A DNA stretch of 64,000 nt from the human T2T-CHM13v2.0 reference genome, Homo sapiens. Below, piece by piece: positions 1 through 16,935 of the stretch. Position numbers and translations under genes: made by a program. The stretch lies in NCBI RefSeq assembly GCF_009914755.1, contig NC_060930.1; one strand, 5' to 3'. The notes under the pieces were generated by a model. The model saw nothing but the letters and a program-made list of their open reading frames with translations. It did no database searches and had not been told where the DNA came from. Every line of letters begins with the position of its first letter. The first letter of the stretch is position 1.

Positions 1-1729
1 TCTTTGCTTCTGCTTCTCACAGCTCTCCCACCTTATATCAACTCTGCCTTTACTTTTACATTCTCAGGGTTACATTTGTACTAAACTTGCAACCACAAGA
101 AATATTTCATCTGTGCTCATAGGCCGATTCCAAAAAAAAAAACAAAACTATACTATTTCGTCTGTTCCATGTGTTCTCTTGGAGGTTTTTCTTTCTTTTA
201 TTTTTTAGGGCTATTGTTTTTCTCCATGTGCCTGGTAATCTTTAGTTGTTTGTTCATGTCTAAGATTCAGGACTTGGTTGAATTTGAAGGAAGCTAGTCT
301 GGGTTGCTCTCCCAATGTTGTGTGTGTAGGGTGTTTTCCCACTAGGTCTTAGTGAATAGAAAACATGACTGTGATCTCTGTGTCTGGGAAAGGGCTTATC
401 AATGGCAGGCTTCACTTGAGGATGAGCAGGAAAGGAGCTGGTTTTTAGACTGGGACCTCCAACCTGCCAGAATGGGTAAGGTTTTCCTGGAGCTCCAGAA
501 ATCTTCCCATCAGCCCTTCATTTCCATAGTTATTTGGTAGATTTATCTGGAGTTCTCAGGTGTTTGCCAGGGTAAAACCTGGACTGCCTTGGGAGTGTGA
601 AATGAAGGTGATTTCAAGCTTAAGGCACTAGTTCTGAAGGTTCTATGTCATGCCCCCTTTGTTCTCGTGTCATCCTTTTTGCTTGTTAACCTGTGTCTGG
701 AGCCTCTCTGGACTCTGTCCTTTAAGACAAAGATAAAATCTCTCCTTTGCTGTCATATTCCTGTGCATATTTTTCAATGCTGTTTTAAATCTGTCAACAA
801 GTTTTCACTCTGTTTCTGTCTTTCATAAATGTGTTAAAAACCTCTTGTCTTAGGATGGACCATTCTCTCTGATGTAGTAAGCTTGTTTATGTGTGATTAT
901 TTTATCGGGGTCATTGGAAGTAATGGAGAAAAGCATCTATTCTAAGTCTGTACTCTTGATGAGACTTGCTCAGACTTGATCAGACTCGATCTGAAAACTA
1001 ACAATGACTTTTTGACACCTCTTTGGAAAGATTTTACAAACTCTCCTGAAATTAAAAGTAAAAGAAATTAGTTGCTATATTTATAATGCTTTGAAATATG
1101 CATGAAGCTACTTACATTTTTAATATTATTCATCAAGGACATAGAGCTACATCCTAATCTGATATAATTGAGGCATCAGTTTTCTCTGTCAAGTGAACCC
1201 CTGAAAGTTTCCTGGAAGATGAGAGTAAGATAGACATCTAAATCTTATAGCAAATTATGATATCTTCCATGATGACTGAGGTTGTTTTTGTTTGCCTAAT
1301 ACCTGTTATCTAGAGTGACAAAGAATAATTGAAAAAAATCTCAGGGCAACTTTTACTGGAAGTCTTTAAAACCCAGCTTCTTTCGTTTCATGTTTCTTTG
1401 CTGGTTGACTTTGAAATTTCAGTATGCTCAGAGAAGAGTCAGATGACCATGAATTGAGAATAGAGCTGAGGCATTTCAGTTTACATGGTGAGGATGAGAG
1501 AACCAGGCTTCATCAACAAAAGGATTAAAATAAGCATGAGATCAAAGATTTCTAACAAATGGAAATTAGGGAAGGACTCTTAGCTGCAATACAAAATGGA
1601 AGCTTAGGAATGTAGCATTATTGAACAATCTAGCTGCAGATTTCATGTTTCCAGGCGTGGGGTACGTTTGGGTCAAGAACTAAAAATCATTTGTTAAGAG
1701 TTAGTTTGTTCATTTTTGTATTTAATCAT

Positions 1730-1870
1730 CTTTTATTCATTCTACAAATATTTATTGAGCAACAATTAAGGTCTTATTATGAGAATTCTGGGGATCCAGT
1801 GGGGAAAATGTAGACTTGGTTTCTGTTCATTGAAAGATTAAGATCTGATGTGGGGTGCAACAATTAAAGA
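1730..1870 (-). mobile_element. L2 LINE 3' fragment
   Basis: ATTCATTCTACAAATATTTATTGAGC... resembles the reverse-strand L2 3' end. Confidence 0.55.
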
Positions 1871-2256
1871 GACAATAGTCTTTGCTAAAATCTAGCTAGA
1901 GCCAAAGCACATCAGGATAAGTCAACAATTTCTGCCATGACAGATGTGTTCTTATATGCTGAGTATAGTTAAGTAATTTGTTAGTTTTTTTTTCAAAAAT
2001 AGATATTGGCATTAATAAAGTAAATACATTCGACAGTGTGGGCAGCCTTAACCATCAGCTGAAAATTACTTCAGTAACGTACTGTTCTCAGCAATATTCA
2101 CGTACAAATCATGTGGGTTCCCAAAAGTTTGTAAAGAGAAGCTATAGGTATTTTCCGAAGCCTAATGGCACTGAGGGGTTTTGATGGACACTTGAACTTC
2201 CAGCTGAGGAAATGGAAATGTAACCACTGGTTCACTCTGGCCAGATTCCAAAATCA

Positions 2257-2577
<321 letters not shown>

Positions 2578-4094
2578 GTGTGTTGGGTTTTGATCGATGC
2601 TTGCATTCCCCTTGTCCTTGCAGGTCCTTACCTGAATGTTTGCAATTCTGAGATTTGATAGGGCAAGTGGAAGAGTTAGAGGTGGGTCTAAAAATGCTGT
2701 CTACCTTTAGGAATCAGGCTGAGAAAGAGTTCGATAGGAATAAACTGAGCATGCATTTAACAAGCTAAATCTACATCAAAGGGACAGAAAGGAACCACTT
2801 GATAATAAAAATGTTGCTTTGATTGAAACTGGGCAAAAAGCCAAAGGTACTGGAAGAAGACTCTGAAACATACTGAATTGTTTTTGATCAAACACTCCAT
2901 AAATCTAGGGTAAAATGTGAATTTTTTCCAGTAAATTGTGAGGCTACATCAAAATGGTCCTCTTGCTGAGCTCCAGAGTTGAGCTCTTGTTCATAAAGTC
3001 CTTTTCTCTCTAATGAAATAACAGTTATAGATACATGCATTAATTCAAAATAGATTTACTGAATATCAATCATGTACAAGAATTTCTTATCAGGAATTAT
3101 GATGAGAAGTTACAGATTTCTTCTTTCACTCATTTCTTTGATTATAAAGAAGTAATTTAACAGATTTCACCATAAATTCTTATTAAAACAAACAAGCATT
3201 CTTAGAGTGTAACAGTACTCATTTGTAAAGCAACTTTATTTGGACATAATAAAATTAACAACACACTCTATTATATTTCAGGCTATTTTATTCACTGCTT
3301 TGTCAGTGTTTGGGAGTAACTGTTTAAGATTTGTTTCCTTTATTATACTGTAAAATGCTGGAACAGGAACTATGATTATTTTTTTTCAAGACTAGCCCAT
3401 AACAGGGAATCAATAAAATGCTACCAAATGAAGCTGTCATACATCGAGATATATTGAGAAAACTAATATGTATGACTTGATATCATCTTTCTATATAACC
3501 ATGGTTTGTGTCTAAGTGGGAGAGAATTTATAAGATTTAGAGAATTTTCATATGAATCTATCTAGCTCACAATCAGAGACATTAGAGATAAAATGATGAA
3601 AATCTGATAAGACAAAATTAAGTGCAGGTCCAGATAGTTAATTGGTGTCTTAGAGGTAAAACAGCTTATGAAGCAAAAACAAAACAAAACAAAACAAAAC
3701 ATAACAAAACTTTCTCCTGGGGAGGCTGAGTGTCAGGTAGCCAGGCAATTCTCCACTGGAGACCTGTGATAACCCTGATATCCATAGTCATCAAGCATTT
3801 AGGAGCTCCAAAGGCAGGCTTGATGCAGGGCAGTGTTAGATAAAAATTAGTTTTACCTATGAATGTGTCTGCTTTCTGCAGCCCAAGTGACAATATCCAA
3901 GAAAACATACAAAATAAAGTTCTAGTGTAGCTGATGTCAATTTGAAGGGAACAGGGTGAAACAAATTGCCCTTGCAAGGGTTTCTAAGAATAAAATCATC
4001 CTTTGTATTGGATGGATACAAGAGCCAATTAGCAACAACAGGTAACATTTTTTGATACCTGGTAAAAAATGTTTGATACAGGTAACATTATTTG

Positions 4095-4320
4095 ATAATG
4101 GCACTTACTATTTGCAAGCACACTATGAAATAGTTTGCATGCATCATCTATTTCAATCCTCACAAACTCTGTAAATTCTACACTCATTAGGTCCATTTTA
4201 CGGATAAGGAAACTGAAGATAAGACAAGTCAAATTGACCAAGAAGGGGCAGAGGGAGGACCCAGATTCAGGCTACTTGTCTCCAAATCTCACAGCCTTGA
4301 GCTCTGTGTAACACTGCCTC
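4095..4320 (-). mobile_element. MIR SINE
   Basis: MIR core on reverse strand: AATCCTCACAAAC...CATTTTACGGATAAGGAAACTGAAG. Confidence 0.75.
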
Positions 4321-4819
4321 ATCTCGGAGAAGAATGAGCATAAGGGCGAAAGAACAGAAACATACCCTGGGGAATGAGCCTGGCAGGTGCTGTACAATGA
4401 GCATCAGAGTGGAACAGCTTTGAGGGAAGAGCCTGTAAACCAGTAAAGAAGGTTTGCTAAGAACAGTGGTTTAGATAGGGAGACTGCAGCTAGATGTTCA
4501 TGTGGATACCTCATACTCTATTCTGTTGCAGGTATAAGGTAGCAGAGAAGGCACTTCTGCTTAGTAAGGAAGGTGGTTTCATTATAATGCCAAATCCACT
4601 ACTGTCCTAGGAAACTGATAATCCATTGCTGCGCCCAGAAAAGTGGTGTCCCTATTGCTCTTCATTATACGATGCCAAGTCAAATCTTTTTTTTTTTTCT
4701 TTCTCTAAGTATGATACAAACAATACAGAGAGTTTGGGTTGAGGAAAGTTGTTATTGTTTGAAGATATTCAATTTATTAATAGAGTTAATAAATACCTAT
4801 TTATTAAATAGATATGGAG

Positions 4820-5385
4820 GTATCTAAACAAATATCTCTCATGTGCCAGACATTGATCTGGAGGCATAAAATATACTATCAAACAAATAGACATATGTTT
4901 TTATGTACTTGGACCAGACAATAAATAATGAATATAATACAGTCATAAACTGTATGGAATATTAGAAGGTATGGTGGAAAAATTAATCAGGGTACAGGTG
5001 GGTTTGGTATTGGAAGTGCATTGTTATTCTAACTAGTTTGGGCAGACTAGAACTCTCAGAGAAGGTGACATTTGAGCATTTATTTGAAGGGGGGGAATAC
5101 ATTGGTCCTGGGGATATCACAAGGAAGAGTGCTTCAGCAATAGGAACAGCCAATGCAAAGGTTTCTGATGTCCTATATGTTCTATATTTGCTCCACATAT
5201 GTGCCGTATGTGTTCCCGGGTAGAAGTGATGGTGGTGTCCACGAATGTTCTTCTCTGATTGCTTCTATTTTCTCAGTGAAATAATAAGCAGGATTGTTAG
5301 CTGAGAGTGAGGATGGAAAAGGGAAAGGTGGTTTGAAGGAAGATAAGAGTGGGTGATACAGTCCTCTATCAGTATGGGAGAGGGA
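4820..5385 (-). mobile_element. L2 (L2a-like) fragments
   Basis: ATGTGCCAGACATTG...GAGAAGGTGACATTTGAGC...GGAACAGCCAATGCAAAGG motifs typical of L2. Confidence 0.65.
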
Positions 5386-5390
5386 ATGGG

Positions 5391-5769
5391 CATGTCAGTC
5401 TGCTAGGGCTGCCATAATAGAGTACCATACTGGTGCTTAAACAACAGAAATTTATTTTCTCACAGTCCGGGAGGCTGAAAGTCTGAGAGAGCTTTAAGGC
5501 AAAGATCTGTTCCAGGCCTCTCTCCTTCATTTGTCAACGGCTGCCTTCTCCTTGAGTCTTCACGTAGTCTGCCCTCTGCACCCAACTGTGTTTACATTTC
5601 CTTTTATTCAAAGGACCTCAGTCATATTTGATTAGGGCTCATCCTAATGATCTCATTTTAACTCAATTACTTCTTTAAAGACCTTGTCTCCAAATACAGT
5701 GACATTTGAGGTACTGGGAGTTTGGACTCAATATATGAATTTTGGGAGGACACAATTCATTCCATAACA
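5391..5769 (-). mobile_element. MLT1B-like MaLR solo LTR
   Basis: GGGCTGCCATAATAGAGTACC...AAACAACAGAAATTTATT...CTCCAAATACAGT...CCATAACA; 5-bp TSD ATGGG/ATGGA. Confidence 0.88.
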
Positions 5770-5799
5770 ATGGACAATATACAGCTAGAAGAGTCAGGA

Positions 5800-7289
5800 G
5801 TTAAGAATTAATGAGAAAGAACTTCACTAGGGGTGAGAATTGAGAGTTTATATTCAATTTTTAAATAACCTCTACTCAGAAGCTCTGGATGTAGCACTTT
5901 AAAATTTCTCACCAATATCCGAGAAGACACAGACAAATGTGAAAGCTCAAATGGCAACATAAAAATAAAACGAAACAACAACTGACCTAACAATTAACAA
6001 GACATAGAGGACAAAAAAAAAAAAAAAAAAAAGACACACAAAAAAACGTGGAACAAGCATGGCAAAAGTGGGTTCTGTGTATGAGATTTATTTTTTTTTT
6101 AACTCAGAGAAATGAAATAATGAATAGAAGAAAAGAATCAACCCCAGTGAAGCAAAACTGCACCAGATAAACTATCATTGGAGACTAGATATTGACCTTG
6201 GGATTCTGCACAGTAACCTGCTCTCTAGCTATAAACCTGAGAACACAATTGATCTGTCACTCACATAAGATTAGCAGTGTCATGGGCAAATCACATAACA
6301 GATCTGTTGACGAACGCTTCATCTCTGTATGTTCTGCTTTATTGGAAAAAGAGAAAAGTAATAAAATCCCGTGAAGAAACAGTGCAGAACCAGGGTAAGA
6401 AACATCATCATGAAGATGCAGGTGAGAAGGTGAATTTAAAAATTATTACTAAAGCATTGACTAGAACACATTAGGTAGATAACAAAAAATCCTAATAGGA
6501 TGCAATAATACATCATTCCAATGAAACAATCGAAAAAACCCTAAAAGGAGATATAGGATGTGATGACAAAATATATACCTGAGACAAAGAAGGACAGCAA
6601 GGAAAATAGAATAATAATCCACCCTGGATTGGGTAACCGTCAGAATTAAAAAGGGAGAAATGGGAATAATTGTTTGGAAGATAATATTTACAAGTTTTTT
6701 GAGAATGCAGAGGTAAATGACAGCAATAAGAAAATAAAAGAACTGATCTTATTGCTGAAAAAAATATTAAAAATCAATAGGAGAGAAACAATAGTTAAAA
6801 CTATAACTGATTAAAACTACCTTGCATGTGCAAATTGAAAGGCTCGTTAATAATGAGAACAGATTCACACTGTGACATATCCTAAGTCTGTTCAAAGAAA
6901 GCAAAATTAAAAAATCAAATGACCAACCCCTTCCAGTACAACAAACTCCTTATAAAACATCCATGGAGAAAAAAACATCATCTACTAAAATGTTTGATGC
7001 AATCCAAAATGCCAAAAATATAGAGCATATTTTGCAAAAGTGTAATTCGATCTAATAATTGTATAATTAGCCAACTTGTCTTTTGTTTGTTAAGGGAGAC
7101 AAAAGTATATTCAAATATAGAAATGGTACATAAAAGTGCCACCATTATGATATTCTTTTAAAAAAATCACTTAATAACACCAGTTCACAGAAGTGAAATG
7201 AAAATCAGATGTTGAATGACAGGTTGAGGAGATAAAAAAAGAGTAATATAAACTGTAGTATATTGTGATTCAGTGGAATGATGAAGAAT
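5800..7289 (+). mobile_element. ancient L1M/HAL1-like fragment (ORF1-like region)
   Basis: A-rich, highly degraded LINE-like sequence; appears to continue after 11970. Confidence 0.45.
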
Positions 7290-7302
7290 ATTGAAATATT
7301 TT

Positions 7303-9087
<1,785 letters not shown>

Positions 9088-9288
9088 CAAAAACAGACAA
9101 ACCCAAAATAAGGGTGGAAGGGAAAAAATAATAAATATTGGAGCAAAAGTAAATAAAATACAGAAAAAAAGCCCAGGAGAACAAAAAAAGTTGGCTTTTG
9201 AGAAGATAAACAAAATTGGCAAATTTTAGCTAGACTTAAAAAAAAGAGAAGACTCAAATAAATGAAGTCAGAGATGAAAAAGGAGTCT

Positions 9289-9428
9289 ACTAACAACAAT
9301 TAAATAAAATAAAAGTGAAATTGATATGTACCTATGCATAAAACTATTTGCTATAACTTGGGTACATTGTGTATTTCTAAAGAAACTAAAAATCTATCAA
9401 ACTCTAAAAAAAAGAAAAGAAAAGAAAA
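9289..9428 (+). pseudogene. short orphan retrocopy or transduced fragment with A-rich tail
   Basis: TSD GAAAAAGGAGTCT (9276-9288)/GAAAATGGAGTCT (9429-9441); ACTAAA at 9385-9390; tail from 9406. Confidence 0.6.
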
Positions 9429-9866
9429 GAAAATGGAGTCTGGCATCACAAGATACAAAAGATCATTAGATACTATTATGAACAATTATATACCAACAAA
9501 TGGGGAATCCTAGAAGAAATGGACAAATTCCTGGACATATACAATTTATTCAGATTGAATAATGAAGAAATAGAAAATCTCAATATACCAGTGAGTAACA
9601 AATTAAATCAGTGATAAAAAAATCTTTCATCAAAGAAAATCCCAGGATCAGATGGCTTCACAGCTGAATTCTACAAAACACTTAAAGTGGAACTTATACT
9701 AATTCTTCTCAAATTATTGCAAAAAAATCAAAGTGGAGTAAATTCTTCCAAATTAATTCTATGAGGCCAGCGTTGCCCTGACACCAAAACCAGACAATAC
9801 AATGACACAACAGAAAAAGAAAACTAAAGGACAATATTTCCGATGAACATATATGCAAAAATTCTT

Positions 9867-11011
<1,145 letters not shown>

Positions 11012-11969
11012 TCATATCCAACAGTATATGAAAAATTGTTCACCATGGCCAAATGGAATTAATCCCAGGGATATAAGGATGGTTCAACATATGCAAATCA
11101 ACAAACATGATACAATACATCAATGCAATGAAGGACAAAAACCATCTGATCATCTCAATAGAAACAAACAAACAAACAAAAAAGAATTTGATAAAATTTA
11201 ACATCACTTCCTGGTAAAAACTCTCAACAAAGTGGGTATAGAAGGAACATACCACAACATAATAAAGGCCATACATAAACAATCCATAGCTATTATCATA
11301 CTACATGGGGGAAAGCTAAAAGCTTTCTTTCTAAGATCTGGAACAAGACAAGGATGCCCACTTTCACCACTTTCATTCAACATAGTACTGAAAGTTCTAT
11401 CCAGAATAATCAGGCAAGAGAAAGAAAGGGCATCCAAATTAGAAAAGAGAAAGTCAAATTGTCTCTGTTCGCAGACAACACGATCTAATATACAGAAAAC
11501 CCCAAAGACTCCAGCCCTGCCCAAAATGAAACTAATACATTTAGTAAAGTTGTAGGATACAAAATCAACATACAAAAATTAGTAGCATTTCTATATGCCA
11601 ATATAGAGTTACCTGAAAAAGAAATCACAAAGCAATCCCTTTTACAATAAGTACAAAAAAACACTAGAAATAAATTTAACCAAAGAGGCGAAAGATCTTT
11701 ACATCAAGAACTAGAAAACATTTATCAAATGAATTGAAGAAGACACACAAAAAATGGAAAGATATCCCCTGCTCATGGGTTGAAATGGACATTGTTAAAA
11801 TATCCATACTAACCAAAGCAATCTATAAATTCAATGCATTCCCCATCAAAATACCAATGATATTTTTCACACAAACAGAAAACAAAAATCCTAAAATCTG
11901 TGTGGAACCACAAAAGACCCTGAATAATTAAAGCAATCTTGAGCAAAAAGAACAAAATCAAAATATTTT

Positions 11970-13440
11970 CTAAATTAAAATGAAGACATTTAAAACATAT
12001 AATATTAACAGCAATTGCTGTATAATTGCTGATGTAATATTACATTAACAAAGACCAGTATGGGAATTAGAAAAACTCAAAAAACTTAAATGTTAACACA
12101 ATAGAATAGAATGTATATCTTCTGAAACACTGCGGATCCTATAAGTAAAATAAAACTTCTAAAAACCCTATATAGTAAAGAAAACAAAAGAAACAGCAAG
12201 ATCCTGAAACAAGAAAACAGAAGCTAGAGCAGATATATGAGCTAAAATTGAGCTAAGAAAAAAACATTTGTGTGTTCTGTTTGAGAGGAATGAGTTATTA
12301 TAAGCAATAGCATTAAAAAGATACCCATTGTAAATATTTTGTGGCAATTTTTAAAATCACAAAGGTAAAGAAAAATATTCTAAAATCATATAAAATATTT
12401 CAGAAGGCTGTTTTAATTTAAAGATGGAGCTCTTTGGTAAGGTAAAAACAAAAATCTTACTTATTAAGAGTGTCATAAAAAAAGTACAAAAGAATTTCCA
12501 AATAAAAGAATAGGCAAAGATTTACCAGGCAAATGAAAGGTTTACAATATTAGTGTTAGAGATTTAGAATTCCAGGCAAAGGTCATTTAATAGATGGAAA
12601 TCATTAAGTGGGGCAAAGGAAAATTAAAATAAATCAATGATAAAATTAAAAGGCAAAGGCAAATCTGGGAACTATTTGCAATGTTTACTACAGTCAATAA
12701 GCTTTCAGTATTTAAAAAATAAACACCTCTTCAAGGCAACATAAATAGTTGAGGAAAAAAAATAAGAGAAGTGGAAGGAGTAAATAAGTGTGAAAAAGTT
12801 TAACCCACTTAGAGAGCAAAGAAATGCAAAATAAAGTGACAATCTGTTTTTCACCTACTAATATGACAAGTATGGATTTATTTTTTGTCATTTTGTTTTT
12901 AAAATAATAATGGCAACTTCGAGTTTGTAGGTAATTGAAAATTCTAATACATTGTTGATAGATCTATGAATTACCAGTCTTTTTTGAAGGGAGAAATATT
13001 CATTTCCTTTGATTCAGTAATTTCACTTCTCAGCATTTATTTTAGGGGAAAAAAGCATGTAGTCACACAATAATGTGTTACAAGAGAGTTCATCATAGTG
13101 GCATTTGTGCTACTACAAAACAAAAACAGGTTTTTCTTTCCTATTTTACTAAAGACAAATTTTAAAGTAGACTATGTTGTAACCATTTAAAGTTATGTTT
13201 CTGAAATATATATGATGATAGAGACAATCCCCATAGTTAATAATGTTAAATAATAAAGAGCAGGTTAATAGATTTTCATTTCAAATTCTATTTATAAAGT
13301 ATCTTTATAGAAAAAATAAAACAAAATATAAGAATAGAAGTGGATATTTAAGCATGGTAGAATTCTGAGTGATTTTTGTTTTACTTTTTATTTGGTGTAT
13401 TTCCAAAATTAACTGTAATCATAAATCAATGTTAGAATAA
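11970..13440 (+). mobile_element. ancient L1M/L1ME fragments
   Basis: AAAGAAATGCAAAATAAAG, TTTGATTCAGTAATTTCACTTCT resemble degraded L1 ORF2 3' end. Confidence 0.5.
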
Positions 13441-13672
13441 AATTTGACTTAAAAATACTTGCCCGGTGCTGAAAATAAAATAATGTGGAATTTTTCCTTA
13501 GCTTGAATCATTTGACTATTTTTCGAACTCAAAGTTATTCCTGATTCCTCAGGTAGAATTATGTTTTGTGTCAACTACAGTATGCTTTATGCATTTCCCT
13601 GAAGATACCTAAACTGTGGGGGTTTTTGGACTTAGTTGATAACATATTTGTCTCTATCTTTAGGACTATGAC

Positions 13673-14077
13673 TATATTAGTCCGTTCTCACACTGTATAA
13701 AGAACTACCTGAGACTGGGTAATTTATAAAGAAAAGAGGTTTAATTGCCTCATGTTTCCACAGGCTGTACAGGAAGCATGGCAGCATCTGCTTTTGGGGG
13801 GGCTTCAGGGACCTTTTACTGACGGTGGAAGGCAAAGAGGGAGCAGATGTCTTACGTGGCAGGAGCTGGAGGTGTCACACGCTTTTAAACAACCAGATCT
13901 CACGAGAACTCACTCACTCACTCACTATGATGAGAACAGCACCAGGAGATGGTGTTAAACCATTCACGAGAATTCTGTCTCCATGATCCAATCACCTCCC
14001 ACCTAGCCCCTTCTCCAACATTGAGAAGAACAGCTGGACATGAGATTTGGCTGGGGACACAGATCCAAACCATATCA
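13673..14077 (-). mobile_element. MST (MSTA/MSTB) MaLR solo LTR
   Basis: TATTAGTCCGTTCTCACACTG...GAGACTGGGTAATTTATAAAGAAAAGAGG...GATCCAAACCATATCA. Confidence 0.9.
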
Positions 14078-15176
14078 GGGACTATGAGCCCCTCAGTTTG
14101 AGGTATCCTATTCTATTAATATTTTAATATGAAATGCCTCAACAATGGGCTGTTTCCCACATATTGATAATGCTTATCAAATATTGGCTGAATTGAATGA
14201 ATTTATTCTACTTTGATTATGGAGATAGAAACTTACAGGCAGAATAAGTGGTTTATAAAATCAGTTAATAATACAAAGCATTTTGGATGTGGGTTTTTTA
14301 ATGTTGTATTCTCCTAATTTACCAACTTAACCTATTTCCTGCTTACCCTGAGAAATAAGCTCTGGCAGCAAGCTGCACTTTTCTTTCTTTCTTTCTTTCT
14401 TTTTTTCTAAATGGGAAACAGATTAAATATTTACATGTTCAGGTAATTTGGTCCCATCTTATTTATCTTCTCTATTTCATAGATATGATATAGTTCTAAG
14501 TAACCTACATAAAAATCCTTTTACTTACACATTTTTAGTAAATACTGGGCTTGAAAAAATGTATAATTTAAAAATCTCATAGTTTCATAATTAAAAAGCC
14601 ATCATGCTTGAATTGAAGACTGTCCTACTAAAAGGTGCAATGATTTCCCACAACTTGAAATGCCTACAGTCAGTAGAATTTACTAATTTTCATATATATT
14701 ACATTTCTCCTTTACATAAAGAAGTAATATTTTTTCTTTCTTTGGAAATTTAAAAGAGGGAAAATAATGTGGTAGTGTGTATCAGGGAAACTAGCTGGAT
14801 GACCTCACGGTATCATTGATGTGTAAGGGCACAAACAGCAAGTATGCCTTGGGGAAGAGTGTAATAAATATGAACTGGAAAAAAACTACCTGAAAGGATA
14901 TTGCAGCTATAATTAGTGAATCCTCTATAGAAAGAGTCTTTTATATTTATCATTTTACTCCAGTCAATCAAGTGATATTTTTAAGGTCTCTTCGGTACTG
15001 TTTTGTGATACATGGAGACTTAGAATTTAATTGGGCAGAGTAAACAGAAAAAAAATGATAAAACTATCTGAATGTATGATGAGTATGTGGTTCATGCCTA
15101 TTTTCTTAGGGTAATTATTAATAGCATTTATTTTCACTCATCTATGTGTCAAGGATAATTTTTATGGTCACCTTAG

Positions 15177-15714
15177 TGTGATGGTTAATATTAAGTGTCA
15201 ACTTGATTGGACTGAAGGATGCAAAGTACTGTTCCTGAGTGTGTCTGTGAGGGTGTGACCAAAGGAGATTAACATTTGAGTCAGTGGACTGAGAGAAGCA
15301 GAGACACCCTCAGTATGTGTGGGCACCACCCAATCAACTGCCAGCCCAGCTAGGGTAAAGCAGGCAGAAGAAGGTGGGAGAAACTGACTTGCTGAGGCTT
15401 CTGACCTTCATCTGTCTCCTGTGCTGAATGCTTCCTGCCCTTGAACATCAGACACCAAAGTTTTCAGCTTTTGGACTCTTGGACTTACTCCAGTGGCTCT
15501 CAGGCCTTCTGAAGGCTGCCCGGTTGGCTTCCCTATTTTTGAGGTTTTGGGACTTGGACTAAGCCACTGCTGGCTTCCTCGCTCCTCAAATTGCAGATGG
15601 CCTATTGCAGGACTTCACCTTGTGAGCATATGAGTCGATTCTCCTTAATAAGCTCCCTTTCATATAGACATCTATCCTACTAGTTGTGTCCCTCTAGAGA
15701 ACCCTGACGGATAG
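15177..15714 (+). mobile_element. MLT2A (MLT2A2-like) ERVL solo LTR
   Basis: TGTGATGGTTAATATT...TGTCAACTTGATTGG...GTCCCTCTAGAGAACCCTGAC. Confidence 0.92.
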
Positions 15715-16935
15715 GGTACATTTAAAAAAGACAAATGATGGATAGATATATGTAAAACTGAAGGACTTGAGACCTGAGATTTTTCCACTATGGCCTTCAT
15801 ATACCCCTGTCCGTGGCAGCTGTTCCAGCCTCTCTTGCATGTAACATAAACCCTAACTATTTCTCTTCACTCTTTTGATAAAATCCAGGCTGCCCAAACA
15901 ATAGCTGCTAATCCACATGAAAAATCCTTCTGGAAATGAGAAGCGTTTCCAGAAAGAGTTGAACTTTGACCAACCTCAAAGTTTCCTGAAATATTCCACT
16001 CCCTTCCCCAATTTAGAATGTTTCTACCCTCCTTCACAGTCTTCTCTTGCCAGATATTTTTGAATAAAGTCTTATGGGAATGGTGCGCTGGTTGATTTTC
16101 TTCCCCAAGCAGAAAATACTACAGGAATTCAGAGGTGAGGTGGGTGAGATTATTTTGAGCTTTTGTGATCAAAGGAGATTAAGGGAGTGAGGAAGTATTT
16201 GAATTCAGCTTAAATGAGTGAATTGTTTACAGATTAAAAAATACATTTTATATATTTAGAGTTTATTATTGGAGATAAGTTTTACCCAAGTGTTCCTACA
16301 TATATCAAGGCTAAAAATATGTGTAAAACAAAATTAGAACCTGGAAAACTCCTTGTGAAGGTAAATATATGAATATATGCACCAATTAAAATGTAAATAA
16401 AGCCAGGAACTGTGGAAAGCCTTATTGCAGACAGTACTTCAGTTTGAGCCATCTTTTTTTTAGTTTTGATGTGGATTTCTAAAACCTGCATACATTCTAA
16501 TCCACAGAGTCTCAAAAATTTCATTCAAAAGGAATTTTTAAATGAAAAACCATTTACTTGGCATGGCAAAAGAGCCAGAGCTTTCAAATAAATATTTTTA
16601 AAACCCTTTGATTTATTATAATGTGACAAGAACATTATCACTAAAAACAAATATAAATGTGTTATTTAAGGTATAAATACAGAAACAATATAATCATCAG
16701 AATATTTATGTTAAGTTCTCAGCCACTTATAACAGCCAGGTTAAACATGTGTTCATTCCTGCAAATTTCAATTGCCCCTAAATGTATTGTTTTGTCCTAG
16801 TCATTATGCGTTTCAGTGCAGAGTACTGTTCTTTTCAGATATGGAAGAAATAAAGTGGGACCTATTTCTGTCTCTTTCAAGTGGGATTTGAGTGTAGTTA
16901 CAGAGCATTGTGTTTACCTGGTCTACTCTTTGGGT

